Shown: one piece after another, positions 31,215 to 39,547 of the stretch | How the letters are laid out: every line of letters starts with the position of its first letter | Position numbering within the stretch: the stretch's first letter is position 1 | Assembly (NCBI GenBank): GCA_937873695.1 | Contig: CALMYL010000008.1 | Coordinates: 173,369-237,368 of the forward strand | DNA from: an uncultured Ignavibacteria bacterium | GTDB lineage: Bacteria > Bacteroidota > Ignavibacteria > Tepidaquicellales > OLB5 | DNA length: 64,000 nucleotides | Direction of reading: 5' to 3' | Translations under genes and position numbers: made by a program | Notes under the pieces: generated by a model | Database searches by the model: none | The model's input: the letters and a program-made list of their open reading frames with translations, nothing else | What the model was told of the DNA's origin: nothing

Positions 31215-32681
31215 TTTTGATTTATATTTAGAATTTGAAGGCAGCTTTTTGGGCTGCCTTTTTTTTATATACTCATTGATTTTTTCCAGTAACCATTCTT
31301 TATAAGAAAATCTTTTAGAATTCTGTATTTCACTTAACAGACTAGGAATTTTTTTTAAATTGTTAATTTCAAGTAGACTGATGTACCTTGTTAAAAATTT
31401 TACAAAATTTTTTTGATTGCTTTTCATAAAAGGATAAACTACACGATTTTTATTACAGTAACTGAATAATTGACTGCTAAGTAACCGTACAGATTTAAAA
31501 TCGTTTAGTTCAAAGAAACAAATTAATGAATTACTCATTGCCTGTACTTTATAATACCAATGGTTGTGTTTAACTTTGCTAAAAAATTGGATTGCTTTGC
31601 CAAATTCTTTCATTGAACTATGCAATTTACCTAAGGCTGTATTTACTACGGAATTAGCAATTTTTGAATTGAGGTATTTGTTATACTTATCAATGAAAAC
31701 CAGTGTATCAGGAAATTTTTTCATTCTAAGCTGCAAACATACGGTATTGATAAAAATACTATCTGGAATAAAGCCTTTGGAATCAATAGTTGTTTCTATC
31801 TGATGCAACCTTAATTCTAGTTCTTCATTGCAATATCTGGTTAAAGACTCTAAACTTCTTTCCTCAACTAGAAAATTTAAGAGATAAGAATAAACTAGTG
31901 ATTTTTCATTTATAGAAATGTTATCATAATTTTTGTATAAAATTTCTTTTAATTTATGATAATAAATCTCATTTTTAGTTTGCCTTAATTTAAACTTGTA
32001 GTATTGTATCTGAACTGATATGGGATATTCTTGAATATTCAACTTTTCAATGTAACTACTAATGTGATTTCCAAAATCACAATTTATCTTTTGCTTTTGT
32101 GAAGAAGAAATAAGTTTTGCTGCACTGTAGTATTTTAGACTTGCTTCAAAAACTAAAAGATCTAATTTATTGATTAATTGAGAAAGCAAATTTGGATGGA
32201 TGCTGTTACTAAGACGAATGCTTAAGTCAAAAACCTGTTCAACCTTACTTAATATTACACTGGGTACGTCATTTATGGAAGAGTCCGTTTTAATATTCTG
32301 AATTAGTTGTTCCAGATACTTTTGTTCATCATATTTAAATGACATTGAGGATATCTGATCGTGCAGAAGTTTCTTCTTTAAGGATTCATTCTTTTCTAAA
32401 TGTAGAAATAGGAGGAAATTCTTCAGAATTAACAGCATCTCCGAACTTAAATTTCTTAATTTTTTATCACTAAATTTTCCTTCTTTAAATACATAATTGA
32501 AAATAATTTCCTTTGCTAACCCTGTAGTAAGCAATTTATCGTAATGCTTTTTGATATAACTATATAGGATGATTATATTTTTATTTGTGTTGTAAATTGG
32601 AGATAATAAAAATTTATGAAGTAATTTAAATTCATCCTTGTTCAATAATCTGATGATTTTAAGAAATTTTGGGTTATACAT
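31185..32681 (-). CDS. Hypothetical ~500 aa helical protein, paralogue of 49934..51439
   Basis: This is a long uninterrupted ORF in a very AT-rich patch. Its N-terminal motif LNKDEFKLLHKFLLSPIYNTNKNIIILYSYI matches LTRDEIRSLRKFIISPYFNRSQKVVKLFDII in the other gene. The lengths are similar and the ...WLL.K... C-terminal regions also match. Confidence 0.5.
   Translation of the reverse strand: MYNPKFLKIIRLLNKDEFKLLHKFLLSPIYNTNKNIIILYSYIKKHYDKLLTTGLAKEIIFNYVFKEGKFSDKKLRNLSSEMLLILKNFLLFLHLEKNESLKKKLLHDQISSMSFKYDEQKYLEQLIQNIKTDSSINDVPSVILSKVEQVFDLSIRLSNSIHPNLLSQLINKLDLLVFEASLKYYSAAKLISSSQKQKINCDFGNHISSYIEKLNIQEYPISVQIQYYKFKLRQTKNEIYYHKLKEILYKNYDNISINEKSLVYSYLLNFLVEERSLESLTRYCNEELELRLHQIETTIDSKGFIPDSIFINTVCLQLRMKKFPDTLVFIDKYNKYLNSKIANSVVNTALGKLHSSMKEFGKAIQFFSKVKHNHWYYKVQAMSNSLICFFELNDFKSVRLLSSQLFSYCNKNRVVYPFMKSNQKNFVKFLTRYISLLEINNLKKIPSLLSEIQNSKRFSYKEWLLEKINEYIKKRQPKKLPSNSKYKSKLSPVNSYTA
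31238..31266 (+). terminator. Rho-independent terminator after the 30825 gene
   Basis: AAGGCAGC-loop-GCTGCCTT is followed by a T-run of 8 or more. It lies inside the 3' tail of the convergent 31185..32681 ORF. Confidence 0.55.
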
Positions 32682-32873
32682 ATTTTATATAATAAGTGGA
32701 CAATTTTAGGAATCTGTTTTAATAAAAATAGCCTAAAATAAGCTGAAATTCAAGTATTTTATTAATTATAAATTTTATAATTAGTTAAAATGAATGGACA
32801 TTTGAGATTATTTTGTATTTGCTATGTGGAAATAATAAATATATATTTGAATAACTTAAAAATCAAATTACTT

Positions 32874-33944
32874 ATGATATTTGCCGACCGGAATATCAGC
32901 ACAAAAAAAGTCTTACAAAATTATTCAATCTATTTGATATTGTTTCCCGTTTTTTTATTCTTAGCCTGCAAAGAAGATCCAACTTCACCAAATCCGCCTC
33001 CTGTTATTATAGATACCGTTGACAGATATGAATGGTCAATGGATACAATATACGGTTACGCGTTTAACAATTTATATGTAGCCGATTCAAGTAATATCTT
33101 TATAACCTCTCCGCTTTCTCTTGTCTATTATAATGGCGAGACATACTCGTCTATTAGTATAAATGATCCCGATTTTCGCTTTGTAGGTGTAAAAGGTTTT
33201 GATAAAAATAATGTTTTTGCCGGTGGAAACAGAGTTAACTCAAGTACACCTGTTTTAAAGAAAGTAGAAAATACAAGTGTTTCTAGCTATGATATAACCG
33301 GTGATACGGGGGGTACTATTTCAGGTATATTTGTTGAGGGACCTAATCAGTCGTGGTTATCAATTTCTGAAAGTAACACGATTTATTTTTTCAATTCAGG
33401 GTTAATTACACCCTATACATTAGACAGTGGTGTGAGATCAGGCGGATTTTTTAGAGATTCATTAAATATATTGTATTATATCGGAATGAAATTATATCCA
33501 AATGACAATTTTAGATTTTATATCTATGAATATATAAATGATTATTTTAATTTAGTTAATATTGATAGTATTAACACAATATCCGAATTATACGGCGCAA
33601 TAACAATATGTGGTTCGGATTTTATTGCTATGGGCAGAACTTCAATTTATTATTTCACTAATGATAGATTGGAAAAATTGTGTAATACCCCCAATTTTCT
33701 ACCCATTAAAATATGTGGCTCTTCAAAAAATCATTTGGTCTGTTATGGCCAAACTAGTGATATAACTGGGGCTATTTTCACATGGGATGGAGAAAAATGG
33801 CATGAAGAAAAAAGCCAAATAATACCAGATAAATTTTATTATGCTGTAAGAAGTACGATGGTTAATGGAAGAGTAAATATAATTATAAGCGATAATTTTA
33901 ACTTAGGCAGGTCTTATCATTTAAAAGGAGTTCCAAAAAAATAG
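32874..33944 (+). CDS. Putative lipoprotein with beta-propeller-like repeats
   Basis: The likely start is the ATG at 32874 (MIFADRN...LFPVFLFLAC lipobox), not 32790. It has repeated blade-like segments (NIFITSPLSLVYYNG, NNVFAGGNRV, FIAMGRTSIYYF, HLVCYGQTSDITGAIFTWDGEKW). Confidence 0.45.
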   Translation: MIFADRNISTKKVLQNYSIYLILFPVFLFLACKEDPTSPNPPPVIIDTVDRYEWSMDTIYGYAFNNLYVADSSNIFITSPLSLVYYNGETYSSISINDPDFRFVGVKGFDKNNVFAGGNRVNSSTPVLKKVENTSVSSYDITGDTGGTISGIFVEGPNQSWLSISESNTIYFFNSGLITPYTLDSGVRSGGFFRDSLNILYYIGMKLYPNDNFRFYIYEYINDYFNLVNIDSINTISELYGAITICGSDFIAMGRTSIYYFTNDRLEKLCNTPNFLPIKICGSSKNHLVCYGQTSDITGAIFTWDGEKWHEEKSQIIPDKFYYAVRSTMVNGRVNIIISDNFNLGRSYHLKGVPKK

Positions 33945-33963
33945 AATGGAGGATTACCCCCCC

Positions 33964-33988
33964 GTTGTTGGTGTTTTTCACCAACAAC
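33964..33988. repeat. Perfect 10-bp hairpin downstream of the lipoprotein gene
   Basis: GTTGTTGGTG-TTTTT-CACCAACAAC. No T-run follows, so it is not a canonical terminator. Confidence 0.5.
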
Positions 33989-34007
33989 TAGTATTAAAAA
34001 AATAGGA

Positions 34008-34125
34008 CACTGATATCGACTTTCATAAAGTCAACGTCGTAGCGGATTTTACGAATACACACGGATAAAATCCGTGAAAATCAGTCTCATCCGTTAAATC
34101 CGTGTTCTGATTTCTACTGTCTTTA
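34008..34125. repeat. Copy of the dispersed intergenic repeat family (ACACTGAT / TAGCGGATTTT / ATCCGT motifs)
   Basis: The sequence is GGACACTGAT...GTAGCGGATTTTACGAATACACACGGATAAAATCCGTGAAAATCAGTCTCATCCGTTAAATCCGTGTTCTGAT. It contains the 9-bp inverted repeat CGGATTTTA/TAAAATCCG and iterated ATCCGT. Confidence 0.5.
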
Positions 34126-34171
34126 CCAGCAACTTATAAAAAACCTTTATTTTAGCTATATTTGTAGCTGA

Positions 34172-35611
34172 ATGCTCGATAAAATTAAAAGTCTTTCCAA
34201 ACAAACCCTGATATACGGCACAAGTACAATTATTGGCCGTTTCCTCAATTTTATTCTCGTTCCGTTCTACACCAATGTTTTCCCGCCATCTGAGTACGGC
34301 GTAGTTGCGGTCGTTTTCGCCTACATAGCTTTCCTGAACATTGTGTATTCATTCGGCTTTGAAGCCGGATATTTCCGCTTCGCTTCGGCAAAGGAAGTTG
34401 GTGATGAAAAACAGAACTTCACTCATCCGTTTTTATTTATTACAGCAAACAGTTTTGTTTTATCCGGTTTGATACTGGTATTTCACAGCAGCATAGCTGC
34501 GTTAATAGGGGTGAAGGATGAATCAATAATAATTTACTCCGCATTCATTCTGTTCTTCGATGCGCTTGCGCTCATTCCCTTTGCTTACCTCAGACTCAAA
34601 AATAAAGCCAGGGTATTCGCTTCTATAAAGCTTGTAAATATTTTTGTAAATGTTGCATTAAACCTGGTATTAATACTTGTGTTTAAGCTCGGACTTGAAG
34701 CTGTGTTCATAAGTAATCTTGCGGCTTCACTTGTAACATTGCTGCTTCTTCTGCCCAATATATTAAAAAATATTTCATTCACATACCACAAGCAATTATT
34801 TAATGAGCTGTGGAAATTCTCTATCCCGTACCTTCCCGCTGCGCTTGCATCAATGGTGGTGCAGACCCTGAACATCATTATACTGCGGTATTTGGTAGAT
34901 GTAAAGACCGTGGGTATCTACAACGCGAATTATAAGCTTGGCATATTTATGATGCTGATAGTATCAATGTTCGAGTATGCATGGCGTCCGTTCTTTTTAA
35001 ATAACGCCAAAGATCCCAATGCCAAGGCATTGTTCGCCAAGATACTTACGTTGTTTACAGGGGGAGCCTCGGTTGTGCTGATAATGCTTACTTTTACAAT
35101 TCAGGATATCATTAAGATTCCGCTGCCGTTTAAGGGATACATTATTGGTCCGGGTTACTGGAGCGGCGTTGTAATTGTGCCGATAGTACTTTTTGCTTAC
35201 ATGTTCCTTGGTATTTACACCAATCTTATTGCAGGCGTATACATTGAAAAGAAAACAAAATACCTGCCGCTTATTACGGGACTTGGTGCCGTTTTAAATA
35301 TCGCATCGGCATTCCTGCTTATACCAATTTGGGGAATAACCGGCGGGGCAGTATCAACACTTATAAGTTACGTTGCAATGGCTGTGTATATGTATATCGT
35401 TTCGCAGAAATTCTATCCTGTTAAATACGAAACAGGCAAACTGGCGCTGATATTGTTAATTGATATAACGGCATTGGGGGTATTCTTCTATACTTTCGGG
35501 GGCCTCGATATAATTTACAGGATTATTTTTGCGGCAGTACTCTCCGGCGGGATAATTTCTATTGCGCAGCTTTATAAGGTGAAAAAACTCTTAAAGTCAA
35601 ATAACAAATAA
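34172..35611 (+). CDS. MOP-superfamily polysaccharide/oligosaccharide flippase (Wzx/MurJ-like)
   Basis: It is 479 aa with about 12-14 TM helices and the typical N-terminus (SKQTLIYGTSTIIGRFLNFILVPFYT). Confidence 0.7.
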   Translation: MLDKIKSLSKQTLIYGTSTIIGRFLNFILVPFYTNVFPPSEYGVVAVVFAYIAFLNIVYSFGFEAGYFRFASAKEVGDEKQNFTHPFLFITANSFVLSGLILVFHSSIAALIGVKDESIIIYSAFILFFDALALIPFAYLRLKNKARVFASIKLVNIFVNVALNLVLILVFKLGLEAVFISNLAASLVTLLLLLPNILKNISFTYHKQLFNELWKFSIPYLPAALASMVVQTLNIIILRYLVDVKTVGIYNANYKLGIFMMLIVSMFEYAWRPFFLNNAKDPNAKALFAKILTLFTGGASVVLIMLTFTIQDIIKIPLPFKGYIIGPGYWSGVVIVPIVLFAYMFLGIYTNLIAGVYIEKKTKYLPLITGLGAVLNIASAFLLIPIWGITGGAVSTLISYVAMAVYMYIVSQKFYPVKYETGKLALILLIDITALGVFFYTFGGLDIIYRIIFAAVLSGGIISIAQLYKVKKLLKSNNK

Positions 35612-35722
35612 CAAATATCAAATATCATTTTTCAAAATCAAACTACTGCTTACCAACTTATTTACTCACCCACTCAACTAATTCCAAATTGTTCACAAGA
35701 AAATTACAGTGTAATTTTCGAA

Positions 35723-35739
35723 GTCCCGCCTTGGCGGGA
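35723..35739. terminator. Weak hairpin between convergent genes
   Basis: TCCCG-CCTTGG-CGGGA sits between the flippase stop and the stop of the minus-strand gene. The T-tracts are poor. Confidence 0.35.
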
Positions 35740-35749
35740 TTGTTCATTG

Positions 35750-36439
35750 TTAATGGTGATGATCATGATGTTCATGATGTATTTCATCAAGAAGCTCGCG
35801 TTTATTGGCTTTAGTGCCGGCATTCATTGATACAATATAACTTGGCACACCGATATCATTCATAACGCATGGCACGAGTACGGATATTACCAGTATTGGC
35901 AGGAAAATCAGCGCTTTTAGTGAAATTACTTCAACTCCGTATGTAATAAGGTACATTCCCGCTGCTGTTGAGCTTAGGAATATATGCAAACCGTGTGTAT
36001 AACGTGAGAGCTTGCGGACCGACTGTGAGAGCAGGAATCCAAGTAACGCGCCTGTAATGATAAACGTCCATGCTGTAACCGGTTCTTCAATTATGCATAC
36101 ATGAAAGTGCATATCGTAGCCAAGTGCAAGTCCGCCAAGGTATGGCAGAACAATATCGCTTAATGTGCATGTTATTGATGAAGTAAGTATTGCGACAAAA
36201 ACCCCAAGCCAAAGTGCCTTTTTGTATTTTGCGAGAAGTGATGCGGGCGTAAGCGAAGCAAAGAATAAATGTGCGATGAAAAATCCTTCGAAAAGATGTT
36301 CTGTTTCAGGTGCGGCTTCGGGGAAAATGGCAAGCTTTAATATTGCGATAATTATCCCGGATACAACAACAGCTCCGGCTGTAAATTTCCAGTGGGTACT
36401 CAGTTCATCTATGAAAATGTTCTTGTGTGTATGTTCCAT
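35750..36439 (-). CDS. Polytopic membrane protein with a His-rich C-terminal tail (possible metal binding)
   Basis: It has about 6 TM helices, a C-terminus reading ...DEIHHEHHDHHH, and an N-terminus reading MEHTHKN. No family was recognised. Confidence 0.4.
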   Translation of the reverse strand: MEHTHKNIFIDELSTHWKFTAGAVVVSGIIIAILKLAIFPEAAPETEHLFEGFFIAHLFFASLTPASLLAKYKKALWLGVFVAILTSSITCTLSDIVLPYLGGLALGYDMHFHVCIIEEPVTAWTFIITGALLGFLLSQSVRKLSRYTHGLHIFLSSTAAGMYLITYGVEVISLKALIFLPILVISVLVPCVMNDIGVPSYIVSMNAGTKANKRELLDEIHHEHHDHHH

Positions 36440-36560
36440 TGGTTAGAATATTGAAGATTGCAGATCGCAAATTACAGATCTTAACTTCTTTTGGGTTTCT
36501 GTAATCAGTGGGAGAAGGATGCTTTTATTAATTTGAAATTTTTAATCTGGAATTTGTAAT

Positions 36561-36836
36561 TCAAGGAGTGTAATCCTTTAACTTTTCTTTTATCGCGGCT
36601 TTTTCAACGGTATTGCCTTCGTTAAGCTCTTTTACGATGCTCTCTATTATCAGCTTTGCTTCTTCTTTTTTGTAGTCTTTAATGAATCCATCGAAGTAGC
36701 TCTCGCCCGCAAGCGCGCGGTTTATTTCGATGTGCTTATTGTGCTCATTCAGCTCTGTGTAATAAACAACGTGGAATTTCTCGTTATACTGCTTATCGCG
36801 GTAAATTTCGAACATTATTTTATCTGACTCGTACAT
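36561..36836 (-). CDS. Hypothetical small protein
   Basis: This is a 91-aa ORF with ordinary codon composition. No motif was recognised. Confidence 0.3.
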   Translation of the reverse strand: MYESDKIMFEIYRDKQYNEKFHVVYYTELNEHNKHIEINRALAGESYFDGFIKDYKKEEAKLIIESIVKELNEGNTVEKAAIKEKLKDYTP

Positions 36837-36983
36837 TGGAATTTATGGATGAAAATTATTGATTTTAGCCTATTTATATTGATTTAGCTACAAATTTAGC
36901 TTAAAGTATGTATTTAGACAAGGCATTTTAATTAGTGCTCTTGAATACCATTTTTTTATGAAAAGTATCATATATATTAGCGT

Positions 36984-37175
36984 ATGCAAAGTACAAAACT
37001 AAAAGAATCTCTGATAAAAATTGCAGAAAGGGTTGAGCCGGATACTACCCTTGAAGATATATATAAATAGCTTGCTTATCTTTCGGATATAGAAGAATCA
37101 GAAGAACAGAATTCCCGTGGTGAAGTTGTTACCCAGGAGGAAGTTGAGAAGAAGTTTAGAAAATTAGTGTTATAA
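36984..37175 (+). pseudogene. Small acidic ORF (62 sense codons) interrupted by one in-frame TAG
   Basis: From the ATG at 36984 it reads MQSTKLKESLIKIAERVEPDTTLEDIYK, then TAG (37068-70), then in the same frame LAYLSDIEESEEQNSRGEVVTQEEVEKKFRKLVL and TAA at 37173-75. Confidence 0.35.
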
Positions 37176-37331
37176 GAATACCGCCCCTTATTTGCTTGAT
37201 TTATTCTAAATAAATAATTATTGTTGCTTTACACGCTAGGGGGTTGGCAAGACACTATGTCTTATTAGCTTCCTATTTTATTTTCAGTTCTTTATAATTT
37301 TATTGAAAATTATAAAAATTAATTTTATCAA

Positions 37332-38660
37332 ATGTCTAAATTGAAAAATAAAACAATTAGAATCAAAAGAATTATTGTAGAAAAGTTATTTGGCTTTTAT
37401 AGTTATGATTTAATCGTTAAGAATATTAACGATGATTTAAGCAGATTAATGATTTTGTATGGAGATAATGGTGTAGGTAAAACGACCATTTTGAGATTAT
37501 TGTTTTACCTTATTTCAACACTAGACAATAGTGGATACAAATCTGAAATTGCCAAAACCAAGTTTAAAAGATTTTCTGTAATGTTTGACAATGGTGTTGA
37601 AATTACGGCCGAAAGAAATAGTAAGGATTTAATTGGTACGTATACCTATGGCATTAGAAAAAGAAGTAAAATTGTATATGCGCAAACACTGAAAGTACAA
37701 GATGATTTAACTATAAGACTTGATGAAAAATCAAAAGAATATCAAGTTTACAACAATATTTTGAGGTACATTAAAGAATTAAATATTCTAGTCTTTTACT
37801 TATCAGATGAAAGAGAATTGTTGATCGGTGATTTAGAAAAAAAAGATGATGGTGATTATTTTGATACAGAAACTATAATTACTGCATCAGGCCAAAAAAG
37901 AAAAATTCGCAATGAGTCGAAACATTTTTTGCTTGAGAACACTGTAAATAAACTTAATAACTGGATTCGAACTCAAGTTTTAAAAGCTTCAAATTTAGGT
38001 TCACAAAATACGAACAATATATATCTTGAAATTATTAAACAAATTGTACAATCAAAGAAGGGTTTTAAAACGTTATCAGTTTCAAAGAGAAGCGCAGAAG
38101 TAATAAACAATTTATCGAAAATAGAAAAAGTTGCCGCTGAGTATTCAAAATTTGGGATAATTTCAATGTTTGACTTCAATGAGCTAAAAAAGTTAATTGT
38201 AAATATACCAAATTATAAACTGAAGATAATCTTTAATATTTTGGAACCTTATATCGAGGGAATACAAGCAAGATTAGAAGCCTTGTCGTCAGTGCAAACT
38301 GTTATTTACAAATTTGTTAGTAGCGTAAATACATATTTCAAAGATAAAGTGATAAATTATCATTTATCGTCAGGTTTTAGAATATTTGATAAGGAAAATG
38401 TGAAATTGGATTTAAATAAACTTTCTTCAGGTGAGAAGCAAATGCTTATATTATTCTGTAATGCCATAACAGCAAACGATGAAGGCACAATATTCATTAT
38501 CGATGAACCTGAAATTTCTTTGAATATCAAATGGCAAAGGGAACTCTTAATGACTCTACTAAACTTTAGTAGTGATGGAAAAGTGCAATTTATTCTAGCA
38601 ACACATTCAATTGAATTACTAACTCCATTTAGAGAAAACGTAACTAGGTTATTTAATTAA
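37332..38660 (+). CDS. SMC/ABC-type ATPase with a long helical insertion (AriA-like / OLD-ATPase-like)
   Basis: It has Walker A G44DNGVGKTT52, ABC signature L364SSGEKQ370, Walker B I387FIIDE392 and H-loop ATH425S. The N-terminal IKRIIVEKLFGFYSYDL is RecF/SMC-like. The gene is very AT-rich. Confidence 0.7.
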   Translation: MSKLKNKTIRIKRIIVEKLFGFYSYDLIVKNINDDLSRLMILYGDNGVGKTTILRLLFYLISTLDNSGYKSEIAKTKFKRFSVMFDNGVEITAERNSKDLIGTYTYGIRKRSKIVYAQTLKVQDDLTIRLDEKSKEYQVYNNILRYIKELNILVFYLSDERELLIGDLEKKDDGDYFDTETIITASGQKRKIRNESKHFLLENTVNKLNNWIRTQVLKASNLGSQNTNNIYLEIIKQIVQSKKGFKTLSVSKRSAEVINNLSKIEKVAAEYSKFGIISMFDFNELKKLIVNIPNYKLKIIFNILEPYIEGIQARLEALSSVQTVIYKFVSSVNTYFKDKVINYHLSSGFRIFDKENVKLDLNKLSSGEKQMLILFCNAITANDEGTIFIIDEPEISLNIKWQRELLMTLLNFSSDGKVQFILATHSIELLTPFRENVTRLFN

Positions 38661-38664
38661 ATAG

Positions 38665-39543
38665 ATGCCAGACTCTAATATTCCTAGAAATAATATTGAA
38701 GAAATAATATCAAAGTTCGATTTAGAACCAGATTCTCGCGCTATTTTTGTTGAGGGCATAACTGACCAAAACTTTTTCGAACAATTTATTGAAGAAAATA
38801 ATTTGAAAAATGTGGCTGTTAATTTAATTGAATGGTTTGACTTCAGTAATCATTTTGATGATAATCCTGAACTGATTAGAAATAATAAGGAAAAGGTAGT
38901 TTTTCTATCAAATTGTTTCAAGAATAAATTAAGTGTTTTTAATGAAAACATTATGTTTATAGTTGATAAAGATTTTGATAAATTAATATTCAGAACATAT
39001 GATAATGATTATATATTCACAACAGATTATAATTCTATTGAATTGTATTTGTTTAATAAAAAATTCTTAGAAAAATATTTCAAAGTTGTGTTACATGGTT
39101 TTCCAATATCTTCTCTTGATACATTAAAAAAATTGAGTACAATTTTACAAGAATTATTTATTATTCAATTTGTTGTAAAATCATATAATGCTGATATTGA
39201 AATGATTAGATTGAATAATTCTTGTGAAATTAAAAAAAATGGAGAAATTAAATTTGATTTCGAAGATTATTTGACTAGATTGCTAAATAAAAATAAAATG
39301 TTAAAACTAAAGAAGAATATTATAGATGTTATTTCTGAATCTAAAATTTTATTTGAAGAAGAAATCAGAAACCAAATTTGTGGACATATGTTTTTTGATT
39401 TATTATATTTGTATATAAATAAAATTAAAAACAATATTGATCTCAAACTAGCTTCATTTCAAAGGACAATTTTCCTAACTGTTGATTATAAAGATTTATG
39501 TAAAGAACCGTTATTTGCTAAATTAATAAAAACCTATAGTTAA
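38665..39543 (+). CDS. DUF4435/TOPRIM-like protein (AriB-like putative nuclease effector)
   Basis: It starts 4 nt after the ATPase stop. It has acidic motifs AIFVE30GITD34 and MFIVD101KD103FD in the TOPRIM E...DxD arrangement. It is 292 aa and very AT-rich. Confidence 0.55.
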   Translation: MPDSNIPRNNIEEIISKFDLEPDSRAIFVEGITDQNFFEQFIEENNLKNVAVNLIEWFDFSNHFDDNPELIRNNKEKVVFLSNCFKNKLSVFNENIMFIVDKDFDKLIFRTYDNDYIFTTDYNSIELYLFNKKFLEKYFKVVLHGFPISSLDTLKKLSTILQELFIIQFVVKSYNADIEMIRLNNSCEIKKNGEIKFDFEDYLTRLLNKNKMLKLKKNIIDVISESKILFEEEIRNQICGHMFFDLLYLYINKIKNNIDLKLASFQRTIFLTVDYKDLCKEPLFAKLIKTYS

Positions 39544-39547
39544 TAGT

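Noticed and set aside
36841-36905. Three TTTAGC-containing short repeats (GATTTTAGCC, GATTTAGCTA, AATTTAGCTT) upstream of the 36561 minus-strand gene, as a possible regulatory array or defence-associated ncRNA.
   Set aside because: Only 6 nt are shared, in a very AT-rich context where such recurrences are expected by chance. There is no supporting secondary structure.
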